DNA of 64,000 nt from Chiloscyllium plagiosum (taxonomy: Eukaryota). Position numbers and translations under genes: made by a program. Of the stretch, positions 39,091-52,199 are shown piece after piece. How positions within the stretch are numbered: position 1 is the stretch's first letter; the number at the start of each line of letters is the position of its first letter. The stretch is taken from positions 4,116,897 to 4,180,896 of the forward strand of contig NC_057719.1 in assembly GCF_004010195.1 (NCBI RefSeq), in the 5' to 3' direction. The notes under the pieces were generated by a model that saw only the letters and a list, made by a program, of their open reading frames with translations, did not search any database and was not told the origin of the DNA.

Positions 39091-39668
39091 TACTGTAACC
39101 AGGAATTAGGTATTCTCATTTGTAGATCCTTACTGAGAAATCTGACTGTCTTATCAGGGCTTTTTTTCAGGACACCACTGAGATTGAAAAGTATAGATGG
39201 CATCAAACATAGGGGAAAGACCACCATTTCTCCAACTTTTGTTCCCGAGTTAGAATATAAAAGTAGTGTTAGTATGATAAGCTTTGCTTTCAGTAGGATA
39301 GTGGTAAGAAATGGCATAGCGAATCATCATACACTTGAGCAACTCAGAGGTCATGAATTAAAATTCAGTCCAATAAATATAGTTATTTAGAGTAAATAGG
39401 ATTTCAACTGGTTCATCAATGTTCTTCTCATAAAGGAACATACTGTCCCTCTCCTCCCTGGCTACATATGACTCCAAACCTCAACCAGTATAGTTGACTT
39501 GTAATGGTCTATGAATCCTTGATATAAGTTTAACAATTTTGCTCCTAAATTTATAAATATGCTTCAGAATTTCCCTTTGGGAAAGTTACTTTTATTTTTA
39601 ATAACATATGCCGATGTTTTCTCCAGAATTTGTTTTGTTTCGTAAACTTATGATCTCTGTTGTGTTAG

Positions 39669-40464
39669 GTATCCCAACCTAGATTTTGGGTGGAAAAAAT
39701 CTATAGACAGCAAAGCTTACATCTTGACAACCAGCTCCTGTACAGATGAAAATGAGACTTACTGTATGCACAGCACAACTGTAGCCCCTGAAGATGCTGC
39801 ACATCGAGGTGCTATCAATGAGCCCCCCTTCATGGAGAACCTTCTTCAACCGTCTCTGAACAGCAAAACATCTACCAAGAGTCTGTCACCCAAAAAGTTC
39901 TTCAGTGCTGACAAAGTCACCAAGAGCACAATACCAGTAAATGGCATAGTTTGTACCGAAAATCTAACCAATGGAAATGCTGAACTGCTAAACAAGGGTT
40001 GCATTTGCCATCAAAATCAACTTAACTCCTGCAGGCATGACTTACTCATACAACCAGCTACCTCAGTTCCCGTGCGTAGTACACACCACAGAGAGAACCA
40101 GCCCAAGCCCCAAGTTGAATGTAATCTACAAAGTAATAACCTAGACGGAATTACTAACAAATCTACCTCAGATTGTTGCTCAAAAGAGGCAGTTTCCTGC
40201 AATTCCTCAGAGCCTCTGGCAATTCCGCAATGGATTTTGGATTCGGGCAGTTGCCCCCCTGGCATATATACAACCGAAACCCTCGGCCCCAACCCCGGTC
40301 TGATTCTCCAGGCTTTGACGTTGTCAAATGCTAGCGACGGGTTCAATTTGGAGCGCCTGGAGATGCTTGGTGATTCATTCCTAAAACATGCTATCACAAC
40401 GTATCTGTTTTGTACGTACCCTGATGCCCACGAAGGGCGGCTATCTTACATGAGGAGTAAGAAG
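39669..40464 (+). CDS. DICER1: DICER1 coding exon (approx. exon 21), linker and RNase IIIa N-terminal part
   Basis: gttag|(R)YPNLDFGWKKSIDSK...GPNPGLILQALTLSNASDGFNLERLEMLGDSFLKHAITTYLFCTYPDAHEGRLSYMRSKK|gtgagt; 796 nt; contains the RNase III signature ERLEMLGDS. Confidence 0.97.
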
Positions 40465-41060
40465 GTGAGTGTTAAATCTGTAACTGTTAGGTCGTGTGGG
40501 TTGAAAAGCTTTGTGTTATAATTTTAACTTCTTACCTTTTCAATATTTGTCTTCTCCTTTTTGTTATCTTTCTAATACAAGCACCTGAAAGTTCAAGGAT
40601 GTTTGAATGTGTAAGTAGTGTTATAAACAGGTACTTCACATCATTGAGAATTAAAATCCAGTGTCCGTGCACTTTAGATAAAACTGTTTTGCTTTAAACT
40701 TGCTTATTTCTCGCATTCAACATCATCTCTGCGAAAAAGAATGAAATAACATTATATGTGGCCCCCTGTTAACTGTTAGAAAATAGTAACTCTACAAGAG
40801 ATTGACATTTTTAATTAATTACAGGCAATCCCTCTCAATTTGCCTGTTTGCACTGCTTTGTAAAACTATAAGCTCATATTAAAGCCTATAGTGTATAGAA
40901 TCTGGAAAGTTGATTTTGGAGGCAGGAATAAGTTGCTTTTTGTCTTAATTCCGCTCGGTTGTCTGTTTCTTAATCAGACTTTGAATGGTGCACTGTCCTT
41001 TTGATATACCATCTCGGCACGTATTCTTTGATTATACTGACATGGTAAATTTTGATGACT

Positions 41061-41277
41061 AGGAGAAAGTGAGGACTGCACATGTTGGAGATCAGAATCG
41101 AGAGTGTGGCACTGGAAAAGCACAGCAGGTCAGGCAGCATTCATGGAGCAGGAGAATCGACATTTCACATAATCCCTTCATCGGGAATAGTGAAGGGCTA
41201 ATGCCTGAAACGTCGATTCTCCTGCTTCTCGGATGCTGCCTGACCTGTGCTTTTCCAGCACCGCAGTCTCGACTCTG
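41061..41277. mobile_element. Fold-back PLE short insertion (family B) with head-to-head hammerhead relics
   Basis: Arms ggaaaagcacagcaggtcaggcagcat..gagaatcgac / gtcgattctc..atgctgcctgacctgtgcttttcc; 12/13 TSD aat(t/g)ttgatgact at 41048-41060 and 41278-41290. Confidence 0.8.
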
Positions 41278-41429
41278 AATGTTGATGACTGTTCTACATG
41301 AAGGGTATTACAAGCAAATTGTATCTTGTCTTTGTGAACATTTTGGATTAAGAGTCAGTGGCATTCAGTCAAAGAAATCTTCCTTTTAATCCTTTTTTCT
41401 CTGGGACCGAAACAACTGTTTTTAACATT

Positions 41430-44340
41430 TTACTGTTTGGAAAGAGACCCTTCAGTCCATTGTGTCCATGTCAGTTATCATGTACCTAACTCATAGTCTT
41501 GTATGCTATGATATTTGAAATGTTCGTCTAAGTGCTACTTAAACGTTCCTACCTCTAGCACCCTTTCAGGCAGAGAATTCAGGTAATGCTCCCTCTACTT
41601 GACAATATTCTTCCTCAAAACCATTTTAAATCTTTAGCTGAAATTGGTATCCCATGTTATTGTCTCTTCTACTAAGGAGAAAATAAATCTTATCTATACA
41701 CCTCATAATTTATGCACCTCAATCAGGAGCCCCCCTCCACCTTCTCTGCTTTAAGAAAAACATGTGAAGTTCCCTCTGCGCTTCCTTCCACCCCTCCTGA
41801 CGAAGGAACACTGCTTGAGATTTCACATAAACCTATTGGACTATAACCTGGTGTCACATGACTTCTGACTTGAGGAAAGCAACCTCAGCCTATCTAGTGT
41901 CTCTTCATAGCTGAATCAGGCATTGGTGGTGACAATCACTCAACAGATTTGATTGTCCACCTGGGAAGCTGTCACTGGTCATGGGTCTGTGCTTGACTGA
42001 TGAGCCCAGTTCTGGAGCAACTTCTTCGACTGCTCACTTTGCAAGTGTTTTTCGAAGGTGGAATTGGTCCTTGCATGCATTCCTTTCTTTTCTTTTCTGT
42101 TCTCTTGTTGCTATGTGTCTCAAAGAATTGTGATCCTTCATGTTGGACTTATCTCCAAGTCAGTTTCTTTTGAATGAGGATCTCCCATATGTTGATATCC
42201 ATGAAGAAACGCATTATAGAAGTCTCAAAACACTTTTTTTTTTGTCCACCACTCGTTTGAGCTGAGTGAAGATGGTTTACTTTGGTAGTCAGAACTCGAG
42301 CATCCTGAGCCTGTGGCTAGCCCAGCGGATGGGTTTTGAATGGTGCTTTTGGCTGCTTCAAGGATGCTGCACTTAGTATGCCTGTCCTCCCAGCTAATAC
42401 AAAGAATCTGTCTGAAGCAGCACTGAAGTGGTGAGTACACATAGACCAGGTTTTGGAGCAATGTAGAAGAGTCGGAAGGCTGACTGCCTTATGCACAAGG
42501 TTCTTGATATCAGCAATAATGTCACAGTCACCAAAGACACTCATCTTTAGCCATCTGAGGATGGTACCTACAGACCAGTGTGGAGATTTAATATCGCATC
42601 CAATGTCAGCCTTCGATAAAAGGTAGCTTGTCAGGTAGGAGGAATGTTCCACATTTGGGAGGATTTCTCAGTTGATCTTAATGGAGGGATGAGCCAGAAT
42701 TCGACCTGGAATAGGTTGGTAAAGGATTTGCATTTTCTTGAGGCTGAGATCAGTTTTTTGGTATGTTTTGGAATTAAGTGAGGCTGGAAGATGCTCTTCT
42801 GAGAAAGCAGAGATGATATTGTCATCCGCATGCTGAAATTCCACAAGTGAGGTCAGTGTTTTCTTCTTGGCTGACCAAAGGTTTTGACTCCTTCAATTGG
42901 GAAGTACTATGAAAGATCCTGCCAAAGGATGTCCAGTGAAATTCACCAAAGTCTTCTGTCTCCTCTGTGATAAGATGTTGGTGATGGTCCTCACCAATGG
43001 AAATATTAAAGAATCCTCTTGAGGTCAAGCAGTGTTTTGTCATCACCTCCATCCTTTTCTCTATCTTCATTGCCGCCATTCTTCTTGTCGGGAACAAGCT
43101 TTCCAGTGGTGTGGGCATTGTCTATAGGATGGTTGGAAAACATTTCAACCTCAACCAATTGAAATCCAGCCAAGCAACATCCTGGTGGATTCTCCCACAC
43201 CCCAGTTTAAAATCACATCTTTCCTGTAATGTAGCGATCAGAACTGCACACAGTACCCCAGCTGTGGCCAAACCATTGTTTTGTACAGCTCCATAATAAC
43301 TGCCTTGTTCTTGTGTTCGATGGCTCAACTAACAAAAGCAAGTATCCCAATGGATCCTAACCACCCTATCTACCATAACTCCTGCCTTCAAGGATTTATG
43401 AATATTAATACCAAGGTCCCGCTGATCCTCAGTACTTGTTAAGGTCCGACCATTCATTGTGTATTCCCTAGTCTTGTCAGTCCTTGCAAAATGCATCACT
43501 TCTCATATTTTAGGATTAAGTTAGTTACTTTTCTGCACATCTGACAGCCTGTCTATATCATCCAGTAGTCCAAAGTTTTGTTCCTCACTATTTACCATAC
43601 TAATTTTTGTCATTTGCGATCTTATTAATCATACCTCTTAAGATTTCCAATCAAAAAAACAATCTTTGACCATCCTCTGCCTCCTGCCACCAAGCCAATT
43701 TTAGATCAAATTTACTAAATTTCCCATGTGAGACCTTGACAAAGGCCTTTCTGAATTGAGTGTAGAAGTTGCACCACCCTTTATCAACATGCCTCACTGT
43801 TGTCTCAAACAAAAAGCTTAAATTAGATCTATTAGTCATTATCTTTCCTGACAAAGCTAAGCTGACTATCCTTCCTTCCTTGTCTCTGCAAGTGTAGATT
43901 AATTCTGTCCTTTAAAGTTTTGTTCCATAGTTTCTCCACCACTGGTGTTAGATTCACTGGTCTGTGGTTTTCTTACTTGACCCAATCATTCTTCTTGAAC
44001 TGTGGTACTAAATTATCTCCAGTCCTCTGGCACCTCTTCTGTGGCCAAAGTAATTTGAAAATTAACGCCAAGAGCCTCTGTAATCCCCTTCCTTACATTC
44101 CACAACAATTTGGGGTGCATCTCATCAGGGTCTTGAGATTTATCAAATATTAAGCCTGTTAAAACCACTCATTTCCTCCCTTTTTGATGCTATTTCGTTC
44201 ACCTCTCTGATTTCATTACCTATATTATCCTTCTCTGTAGTGTGTAAAGATGTAAAGTATTTATTTAAAACCTCAACTTTTGTCTTCTGACTCGCAGATC
44301 CCGACTTTGGACCCCAGTTGGGCCCTACTCTCTCTGCTTG
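41430..44340 (-). mobile_element. Old CR1-type LINE interrupted by an RTE
   Basis: FRKAFVKVSHG (43651 ORF); host sequence continues across the RTE (catagctgaa|..ccagccaagcaacatcctgg). Confidence 0.7.
41920..43160. mobile_element. RTE-clade LINE fragment with 5' inversion
   Basis: Minus strand VHKAVSLPTLLHCSKTW..CISWEDRHT; plus strand VKQCFVITSILFSIFIAAIL..GIVYRMVGKHFNL. Confidence 0.7.
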
Positions 44341-47300
44341 GTTATTCTCAACAGTGATGAAAGTTGCAAAGTTCTTACTATGGTGTCACTTTGAAACATG
44401 AATCATTATAACATTTTGGAGTTTTGAACACTTTCTTAATCTTGTAGGAGCACAAAAATGGCAACTTTAAATGAGGACTTTTTAGGGAGTGCAGAAGTGC
44501 AGCGTTTGTACAGAGAAGAGATGGAAAGAATAAAAAGACCATGCTGTTGGTGGGCACACATACTGTGTTCACCAGGTTAAGATGCGTGACCAATATTAAT
44601 TGCTGGCATTGTTAATGTTGACAGCTACCCTTCACTTTTTTGCTTTGTTCCAGTATACACGGACTTAATAAAATGTGGTGGAAGATGGAAATCCAACTGA
44701 AATAATCCAACTTGTAAAAAGTTTCAATGATCCAACAGAGAATTTGTTTTGAACTTTCCTCCTCCAACAACTTCTTTGAATCTGTTCAATTTCCTGAATT
44801 TGCACAGTCACATTTTATTCAGTACTAACTGAGAATGCTGTTCTTTCAAGTATACACTTTTCATTTAGTTGCATCAGATATGAGATGTTGGGAATGAAGT
44901 ATGTTAGCCCTCTTAGTCCTGGCTTATGGTGCTGTAGGATGAGAAGATACTGCCTCTTTATTCAATGTTATTCCAGTAGATGGCCCTCACTTATGAGATG
45001 AATCAGCTACACCATTCTTAAAAGCTTGGATCCTGAACTTGCAGCTGTTTCCTTGAACAAATGTTGAAATGTTGAATTCCAGCTAATGTGTCTAATTTTT
45101 AAGACTTATTTTAAATTAAAGCAGGTTATCGGCCTTTTAAGAAATAAATAGCCCTGTTGAAATGACAGGTACTGCTTAATTGTCACAAGCCAGAATCTGG
45201 GCGTGTGAAATTAGTTGTCAGGTTTCAACATTGCCTGTCATCGTCTTCCTGCAAAAGCCTTTTTACACTCATACAAACATTGCTAGCAACAATTAACCCT
45301 GTCTGTCGTTTTAAATTGATAGACCCTAATAGAAGGGGAGATGGAGAGGATAAAAAAAGGCTTTTGAAGCATATTCAGCCACACGACAGGAAAATGTATG
45401 GAAATCAGATTTGGAGAATGCTGGAAAAATCCCATCTGTTCTAAACTGTCAAAAAAAATCAAATGTCATAACAGTAATTATTATTTTATATGTGAAATGC
45501 AATACTTTTAAAAGTCTCGTCACTTGTATTTTTTTGTTTGAGTTACTGGATGATTACAGAGTCTGCCCTCATCAATCCGGTGGAGTCTTCTAGGTGTCAC
45601 CATAATGACAGATTGTTAGAAGCATATTTATACATTATACTGTAATACACTGGAATAATGTTACGAAGCCCGTGTTCTGACAGAATAATTTCAGATTGGA
45701 GAGAATATTGCAGTGTTAATTATTTCAGAGTGTGGAACCGTAAAGAATAAAATGGATGATTTAGCAGGAAATGTGTTCTAAATTATATTGTTGTAATTGC
45801 AGCTGTTTCCTTAATAAATCAATTTTAAAGAAAATAGAGAGGGAGGCACCTGGAAAACATTACTAGTTTCTGACTAAATAGCCACCTCTGGCTCTAAATG
45901 TGGCTAGTGCGTGCTGCTGTTAATTGATGCACTGTACAGAATTGATGTAGCCACTCTGATACAAAGTCAAATAAAAGAGCAAAAGGCTACATTCGGGCGC
46001 ACTTCTGGTCCATAAAGATCTGCAAGGAAAGGACAGGTCAATTGGTCTAGGTAACCAATGGACCTGTAGCCTAATCCAGCATTTTCTCTTTTCTTGATTT
46101 TCAAAATTTACAGTTTTTATTATGATATTGTATGATTTTTACCATATCATAGCTCTTATAGTGAGAAATCCGTGAGCATAACTTGAAGTTGTCCACTATG
46201 TCAATTAAAAATTCTATCGGCCAAGAATCTGTGCAGTCGACCTTGAACTGATTTGTTGATTTACTTCAAACCCTGTTTTTGTGAGTCTTTATTTTTAAAG
46301 CTGTAGAGGGTATTTCTTGGTGCATCATGTTCTAACTTGAGTATTTCAGGTTACACAAGGTTAAGTGCTGGGCAGCTTTTTTTGTTGGAGTTTTGGCCAT
46401 TGTGTCACTGACATTTCTGTCTCCTTTGCTGCTCAATCTGAATATTTTTAATACTTGCTATTCTTGTGTTCTTTGGGAATTGAGGGATAAGCAGGTTTGA
46501 ACAATAGGAAAGCTAATGTTCCCGGTTTATGAGATTGGCGAGGAGCTTCGTACACTGGCTGTGCTCTTTGGCTGTTCGAACCTTAAGGTCTGAGTTGTCC
46601 AAGAATTCCTCAAGTCGAACCTTATTCTTCACTAGACTGTCCTCATATAAAGACACTTTAATAGTCCGAGAGGTGGTTTTATCCCTCCTAATATCTCTCC
46701 CTTTTAGCTTGATATTTTTCTGCATTGTATGTATTCTATAAATGCAAGCTATTAATGTGAAATCATAACTGTTTACAATCTTATATTTATATTATTCCCT
46801 TGGAGACATCTGTGACAAAGACTTTGTGCCCTATTAAAATGGTGTATGACTGTTTTACAATCCATGAGACATTATGCAAACCTTCAGATACAGTCATTCT
46901 ACTTTATTTAAGCATTGTTTGATTCTATTTAATGAGACTTTGTGAAATTTATATTTTAACATTTGATATACACATAAAAGTGACTCCGCTTTAAAGGGTT
47001 TAATATCAGTGTTTACTTAAATTAGGAACCTTCTTCCCATTTCAAACGTCAAGAGTTTTTAATACTTCATCTTTTTCCTCCTCTCTTGCCCAGCTTGTTC
47101 TCCTTGCTTATGATCCTATTCAGGATTGTTGACATGTTTTAAAAAACAATCTCTATACCCTGCAATCAACCAACAGAAATATGCCAAAGGTGTGGCAGCA
47201 TCTGGGGAGACAGAATCAAAGTTAACATTTCAGTTCTGATTTTACTCTTTTTGATTTGAAACTCTGTTTCTATCTCCCAGACGTTGCCAAATCTGCTTGG

Positions 47301-48074
47301 TTTCTCCAGCACTCTGGTACTCTGCTTTTCGTCATGCCGAAGATTTCCTGGTTGTTAATAAAAAGTGAACTTTTATTGTCTTTAAAGAGAAGCTAAACAA
47401 ACCAAATGTTATTAATTGAAGAGTAAAGCTTATGCATGTGTTGTAAACTCACATCTACTCACCCCAGTAATCACCATCGCAAAGTTTGAGAGGAGATGGT
47501 GGTAATATCACTGGACCAGTAATATTCTTTCAAATAACAAAGTAAGCGATTCAGTTCAAGCTCAATTAGTGATGGCTAGTAAATGCTGGTTTTGCCAGTG
47601 ATGCACATGTCCCATGAAAGAATTTTTAAAAGGTTAAGTTTCCTTATCTTATGAAATCTTGAAGCTTCATTCGCATTCTCTGGAACTAACCCTAAAGTTA
47701 TGCCATAGCTCACTAGAGTTTACTTTAATTTTCCTTAATGTTCCAGCTGTTCGTCTGTGATAGATTCCAATGTGGTTTTTTTTGGTTTGACTGTGTGACC
47801 TAAGCTGACCTCATGAGTGCAATTGCTTCATCTGTGGTACAGGTTATTGTCAGATATCCAACTGCCTTCCAAGCTAACTGCTGACTGATTTCTATCACAA
47901 GGCTCTGAGGGCCACTGTAGATTCTTCCATTAGATCCAGCTAAAGTAAATCTTCCAGCTGTTTTTTTAAATCACAAGATCCAAACTGACAGCCCCTTGTG
48001 CATTCCATTTGGTAATTTCTCTGCTTGAAATGCAGGCCTAAATTACATTGTCTTCCTCTTGGCTCTCAATCCAA

Positions 48075-48826
48075 TGAAATGCATTTTCATCAAAGCAAAC
48101 CTCTAACTGTTTCTGTCTATTCCCAAATCAAATTGCCCTGTTGTCAGTCAGAGAGACCTAGGGGTGAAGGTACATAGTTCCTTGAAAGTGACGTCCTAGG
48201 TAGACAGTAGTGAAGAAACTGTTTGGCATGCTTGCCTTCATCGGTCAGAACGAGTTGGGCTGTCATATTAAAGCTGTACAAGGCAAGTTGGTAAGGCCAC
48301 GTTTGGAGTACTGCGTAAACTTCTGGTTGCCCTGTTACATGAAGGATGTTATTAAAGAGGATGGAGTGAAAAATAGATGTAAAAGAATGTGACATAAACT
48401 GAAGGGTATGAGTTTAAGAAGAGGCTAGATAGGCTGAGACTGTTTTCCCTGGAGTGGCAAAGGCTCGGGTGACCTTAAAGCTTTGTAAAATCATGAGCAT
48501 AGATAAGGTTAATGGCCCGGGTCTTGTCCCCAGGCTAGGGGAGTCCAAAATTAGATGGCATAGTTTTAAGGGGAATGGAAAGATTTACAAGGGCCCTGAA
48601 GGGCAATGTTTTCATACAGAGCGTGGTGGTATATATTGAACAACCTGTCAGAGGAAATGTGAGAGACAAGTAGAATTATGAAATTTAAAATACATTTGGA
48701 CATGTACATTAATAGGAAACATTTAGGAGCATATGGGCCAAATGCAGGAAAATGGGACGAGTTCAATTTAGGAAACCTGGTTGGCATGGATGAGTTGGGC
48801 TGAAGGGCCTGTTTCCATGACTCTGT
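48075..48826 (+). mobile_element. CR1-type LINE 3' fragment
   Basis: KKLFGMLAFIGQ..LVRPRLEYCVNFWLP; tail gggctgaagggcctgtttccatgactct. Confidence 0.85.
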
Positions 48827-48840
48827 AAATGAACCTTTTG

Positions 48841-49817
48841 GTGAAAGTGAGGACTTGCAGATTAGAGTCGAGAGATGCTGGAAAAGCACAGTAGGTCAGG
48901 CAGCATCAGAGTAGGAAGGAGAATTGACGTGTCAGCCAAAAGCCCTTCATCAAGAATGGGGCTGGGGGAAAGGTTGCTGAGAGTGCGATAGGTGGGGTTA
49001 ACTGTGATAGATCAGAGAGGAGGGTGGAGTGGATAGGTGGGAAGGAAGATGGACAGATCATGAGGGCAGTGCTGAGTTGGAAGGTTGGAACTGGGATAAG
49101 GTGGGGAGGAGGGGAAATTAGGAAACTGATGAAATCCACATTGATGCCATGGGGCAGGAGGATCCTGAGATAGAAGATGTGTTCTTCCTCCAGGTGTCAG
49201 GTGGTTAGGGAGTAGTGATGGACACAGCCCAGGACCTGCGTGTCCTTGGCGGAGTGGGAGGGGGAGTTGAAGTGTTCGGCCACGGCGTGGTAAGGTTGGT
49301 TGGTGCGAGTGTCCCGGTGATGTTCCCTGTGAGTAGGCATCCTGTCTCCCCCTATGTAGAGGATACCGCATTGGGAGCAACCGAAACAGTAAAGTGTGGA
49401 AGTGCAGATGAAATCTTGGATATGGAAGGCTCCCTTTGGGCCTTGGATGGAGGTAAGAGGGAGGGTGATGTGGGTGAAGGTTTTGCAATTCCTGCTGTGG
49501 CAGGGGAAGGTGAGAGAGAGACAAGAGTCGCAGAGGGGAAAGTGGATAGGGGTGGGGAGGGAAATATATCTCTAATGGTGGAGTCCATTTATCAGTGGCG
49601 GAAATGGCGGAGGAAGATGCAGTGTATATGGAGGTTGATGGGATGGAAGGTAAGAACCAAGGGGGTTCTGTCCTTGTTGCAGTTGGAGGGGTGGGTTCAA
49701 GGGCAGAGGTGCAGGAAGTGGATGAGATGCACTGGAGGGCATCATCAATCATGTGAAATGGGAAATTGCAGCCTTTAAAGAAGGAGGCCATCTGGTGTGT
49801 TCTGTGGTGGAACTGGA
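48841..49817 (-). mobile_element. Penelope-like element fragment (GIY-YIG remnant), likely parent of family B
   Basis: Reverse complement CSQCGILYIGETG..EH..AVAEHFNSPSHS..EE..GINVDFISF; 3' end 48841-48955 matches family B, including a decayed hammerhead ttgatgaagggcttttggctgacacgtc. Confidence 0.85.
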
Positions 49818-50189
49818 GACCTTTGACCAAGTCTCTACTCAGAATCGATATCTTACACCCACTCTCTTATCAGGTCCACACACCCATTTCTCAAGCAGAA
49901 ATTCAAATGGAATCCATTTCACATCTAACTTTTCCCTTACTTCTGGAAAGTCATAACGTATGTTTCTAATGGAGTCTTATGACATTTTTTCCCCCAGAAT
50001 TACTACATTTTTAATGGAGATAACAATAGACATCCTGACTCTATTTAAAAAGTCCATAAATCTATTATTCAAGTTTGTTACACTATTCAACTCTGTCTTT
50101 GAAAGATAAACAAGCTTATGAGCTTGTTTGAATTGCATTTAAATCAGGGTTGTTTATCACTTTCTCAATCTTTTACTGCATTTAAAATG

Positions 50190-50990
50190 TTAATTCATTG
50201 GATTATAAATTATATCCAACAATGATAAAGCATTTTAACAAAAATCAATACAATATGACCAGCACAACACTAATCCTCCTGAGTCACTTACACAATTACA
50301 GTGGCTTGCAGCAGGGATATATGCTGGCCCCAGTCATATTTCCCACCATCTTTGTCTACTGCAGTATCATACTAGAAGAAGACCTTGAGGAAGGTTACAT
50401 ATGCTTTCAAATTGTTGGAAGTCTTTTTGACCTCACAAAGACACAAGAAACCTAATGCATGAACTACATTTTAGTTCTGATAATTGCACCATTCTGGTTC
50501 ACAGTCAGTCAGACTTGCCCGTTTAATGTGTTTTTCTGAAGCAGCCCAACTCTTTGAGTTAAGAATCAATTTAAAGAAAACTGAAGTTTTGCATCAGTCT
50601 GGAGCTGCAAAATATATACTGCCCAGCATTGTCATCAAGGGAATCAAGCTGGAATTCGTCAAGCAGCTTACCTATTGGGGAGTGTCATCTACTTCAATGC
50701 CAACATGGACAAGAAATTTGAAATTAGGCTTTCAAAATCAAACAGCACAGTTTGCAGATTCTACAAACTAATGTGAAGTAACTACCGCTTCAGAGCTCGA
50801 GATGTACAAAGCATTAGAGCTCACCTTTTTTTTTTGTACGACACCAAATCATAGTTCCTGCACCATTGTCCTGTACATTTTTTAGACCACTTCTATCAGT
50901 ACTGTCTCTGCAGCATCCTCAAGATCAGCTCACAAGACTACATCACAAACATTGAAGTGCTAGGAGCTGGCTATTGGTGAGCAGAATGGA
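50190..50990 (+). mobile_element. Old RTE-clade LINE fragment
   Basis: SGLQQGYMLAPVIF..GSLFDL; FSEAAQLFELRINLKKTEVLHQ. Confidence 0.65.
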
Positions 50991-51870
50991 GGGACAAGTA
51001 CTCTTGTTACGGACTAGACTAATTCCCCTCAAAATATGTCAAGGAGACAGACGACGCTCATAACTTTTTAGGTTATTTAAAGGCAAGTGCAAGGCACTGT
51101 GTTCCAGGTGTGATTTGTTTGGTCTACCGCTAGCCTTTAAGCAAAACACATTTTAACTGTATTGTAAGAATTAAGTGCAAACAACAAAAAAAGCATAGCC
51201 ATATTGAAAAATGTAATAAAACAATATATCATTTATCTACTAATCAACTGTTCCAATGTAGTTGCATCCTATGACTCCTTTGGCAGAGCTATCTTCTCCA
51301 GGGCAGGAGAAAGGAACACTTAAAGAAACCATCTAGCAGCAGAGAGAGAGCTTAAGCTTTTTGCAACAGTAGAAAGAGAGCTGTATCTATCACCTTCAAC
51401 AGCCAATTCTAAACCTCTACTGACAACAAAACTGAAAACCTGAGTTTGTGAGAGTCTGATTGCACCCACTCCTAAGTTCGTCATCTGTGAAGAAATGCTG
51501 AGAAGAAAATGTACCGTATGAATTTGATATGCACAATTTTTTATCACCTCATGCTGAAACTTATATTTTAAAAGATTAATTTATCTTAGGTTATAGTTAC
51601 ATTTTCAGTGCTGATTACCAGTTTCTAACTTGCCTACAGAAGGGGGAAGAGTTGGCCTAGTATTCCAGAGACCCAGATGATTTGTTGACACCTGGGTTTG
51701 AAGCCAGATTGTGCAATTTGAATTCAATTAAAACCTGGAGTTAAAAGTATACTGATAATCCTGATAATCATGAAAACTGATTCATGACCCACAGCAAGAC
51801 ACTCAACCACTCTAGCAATCGTTAGAAAGGAACAAAATGAATGAACCAGATGGCATGCAATCATGAAGTA

Positions 51871-51991
51871 AAGGGCTTTTGCCCGAAACATCAATTTTCC
51901 TGCTCCTCGAATACTGCCTGACCTGCTGTGCTTTTCCAGCATCACTCTAATCTAGACTCTGATTTCAAGCATCAGCAGTCCTCACTTTTGC
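51871..51991 (+). mobile_element. PLE 3'-end short insertion (family B)
   Basis: Starts aagggcttttgcccgaaacatc (hammerhead helix II); 9-bp TSD catgaagta at 51862-51870 and 51992-52000. Confidence 0.8.
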
Positions 51992-52199
51992 CATGAAGTA
52001 GAAGGAGCCTGCTCCATTATTCAATAAGATCATGGTAGATCTGACTTTAACTTCAACGGTATATTCCTGCATATACCCAATACTCACTCTTGGGGGGGGA
52101 AAGCTTATCTCTATCTACCCTGTCTATACCCTTAATTATTTTGTAGACCTCAATCAAATCATCTCTCGATCTCCTTTTTTCTAATAAAGGCTTTTGAAC

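Noticed and set aside
49012..49830. 272-aa minus and 187-aa plus ORFs
   Set aside because: Shifted or antisense frames of the decayed Penelope-like element, not host genes
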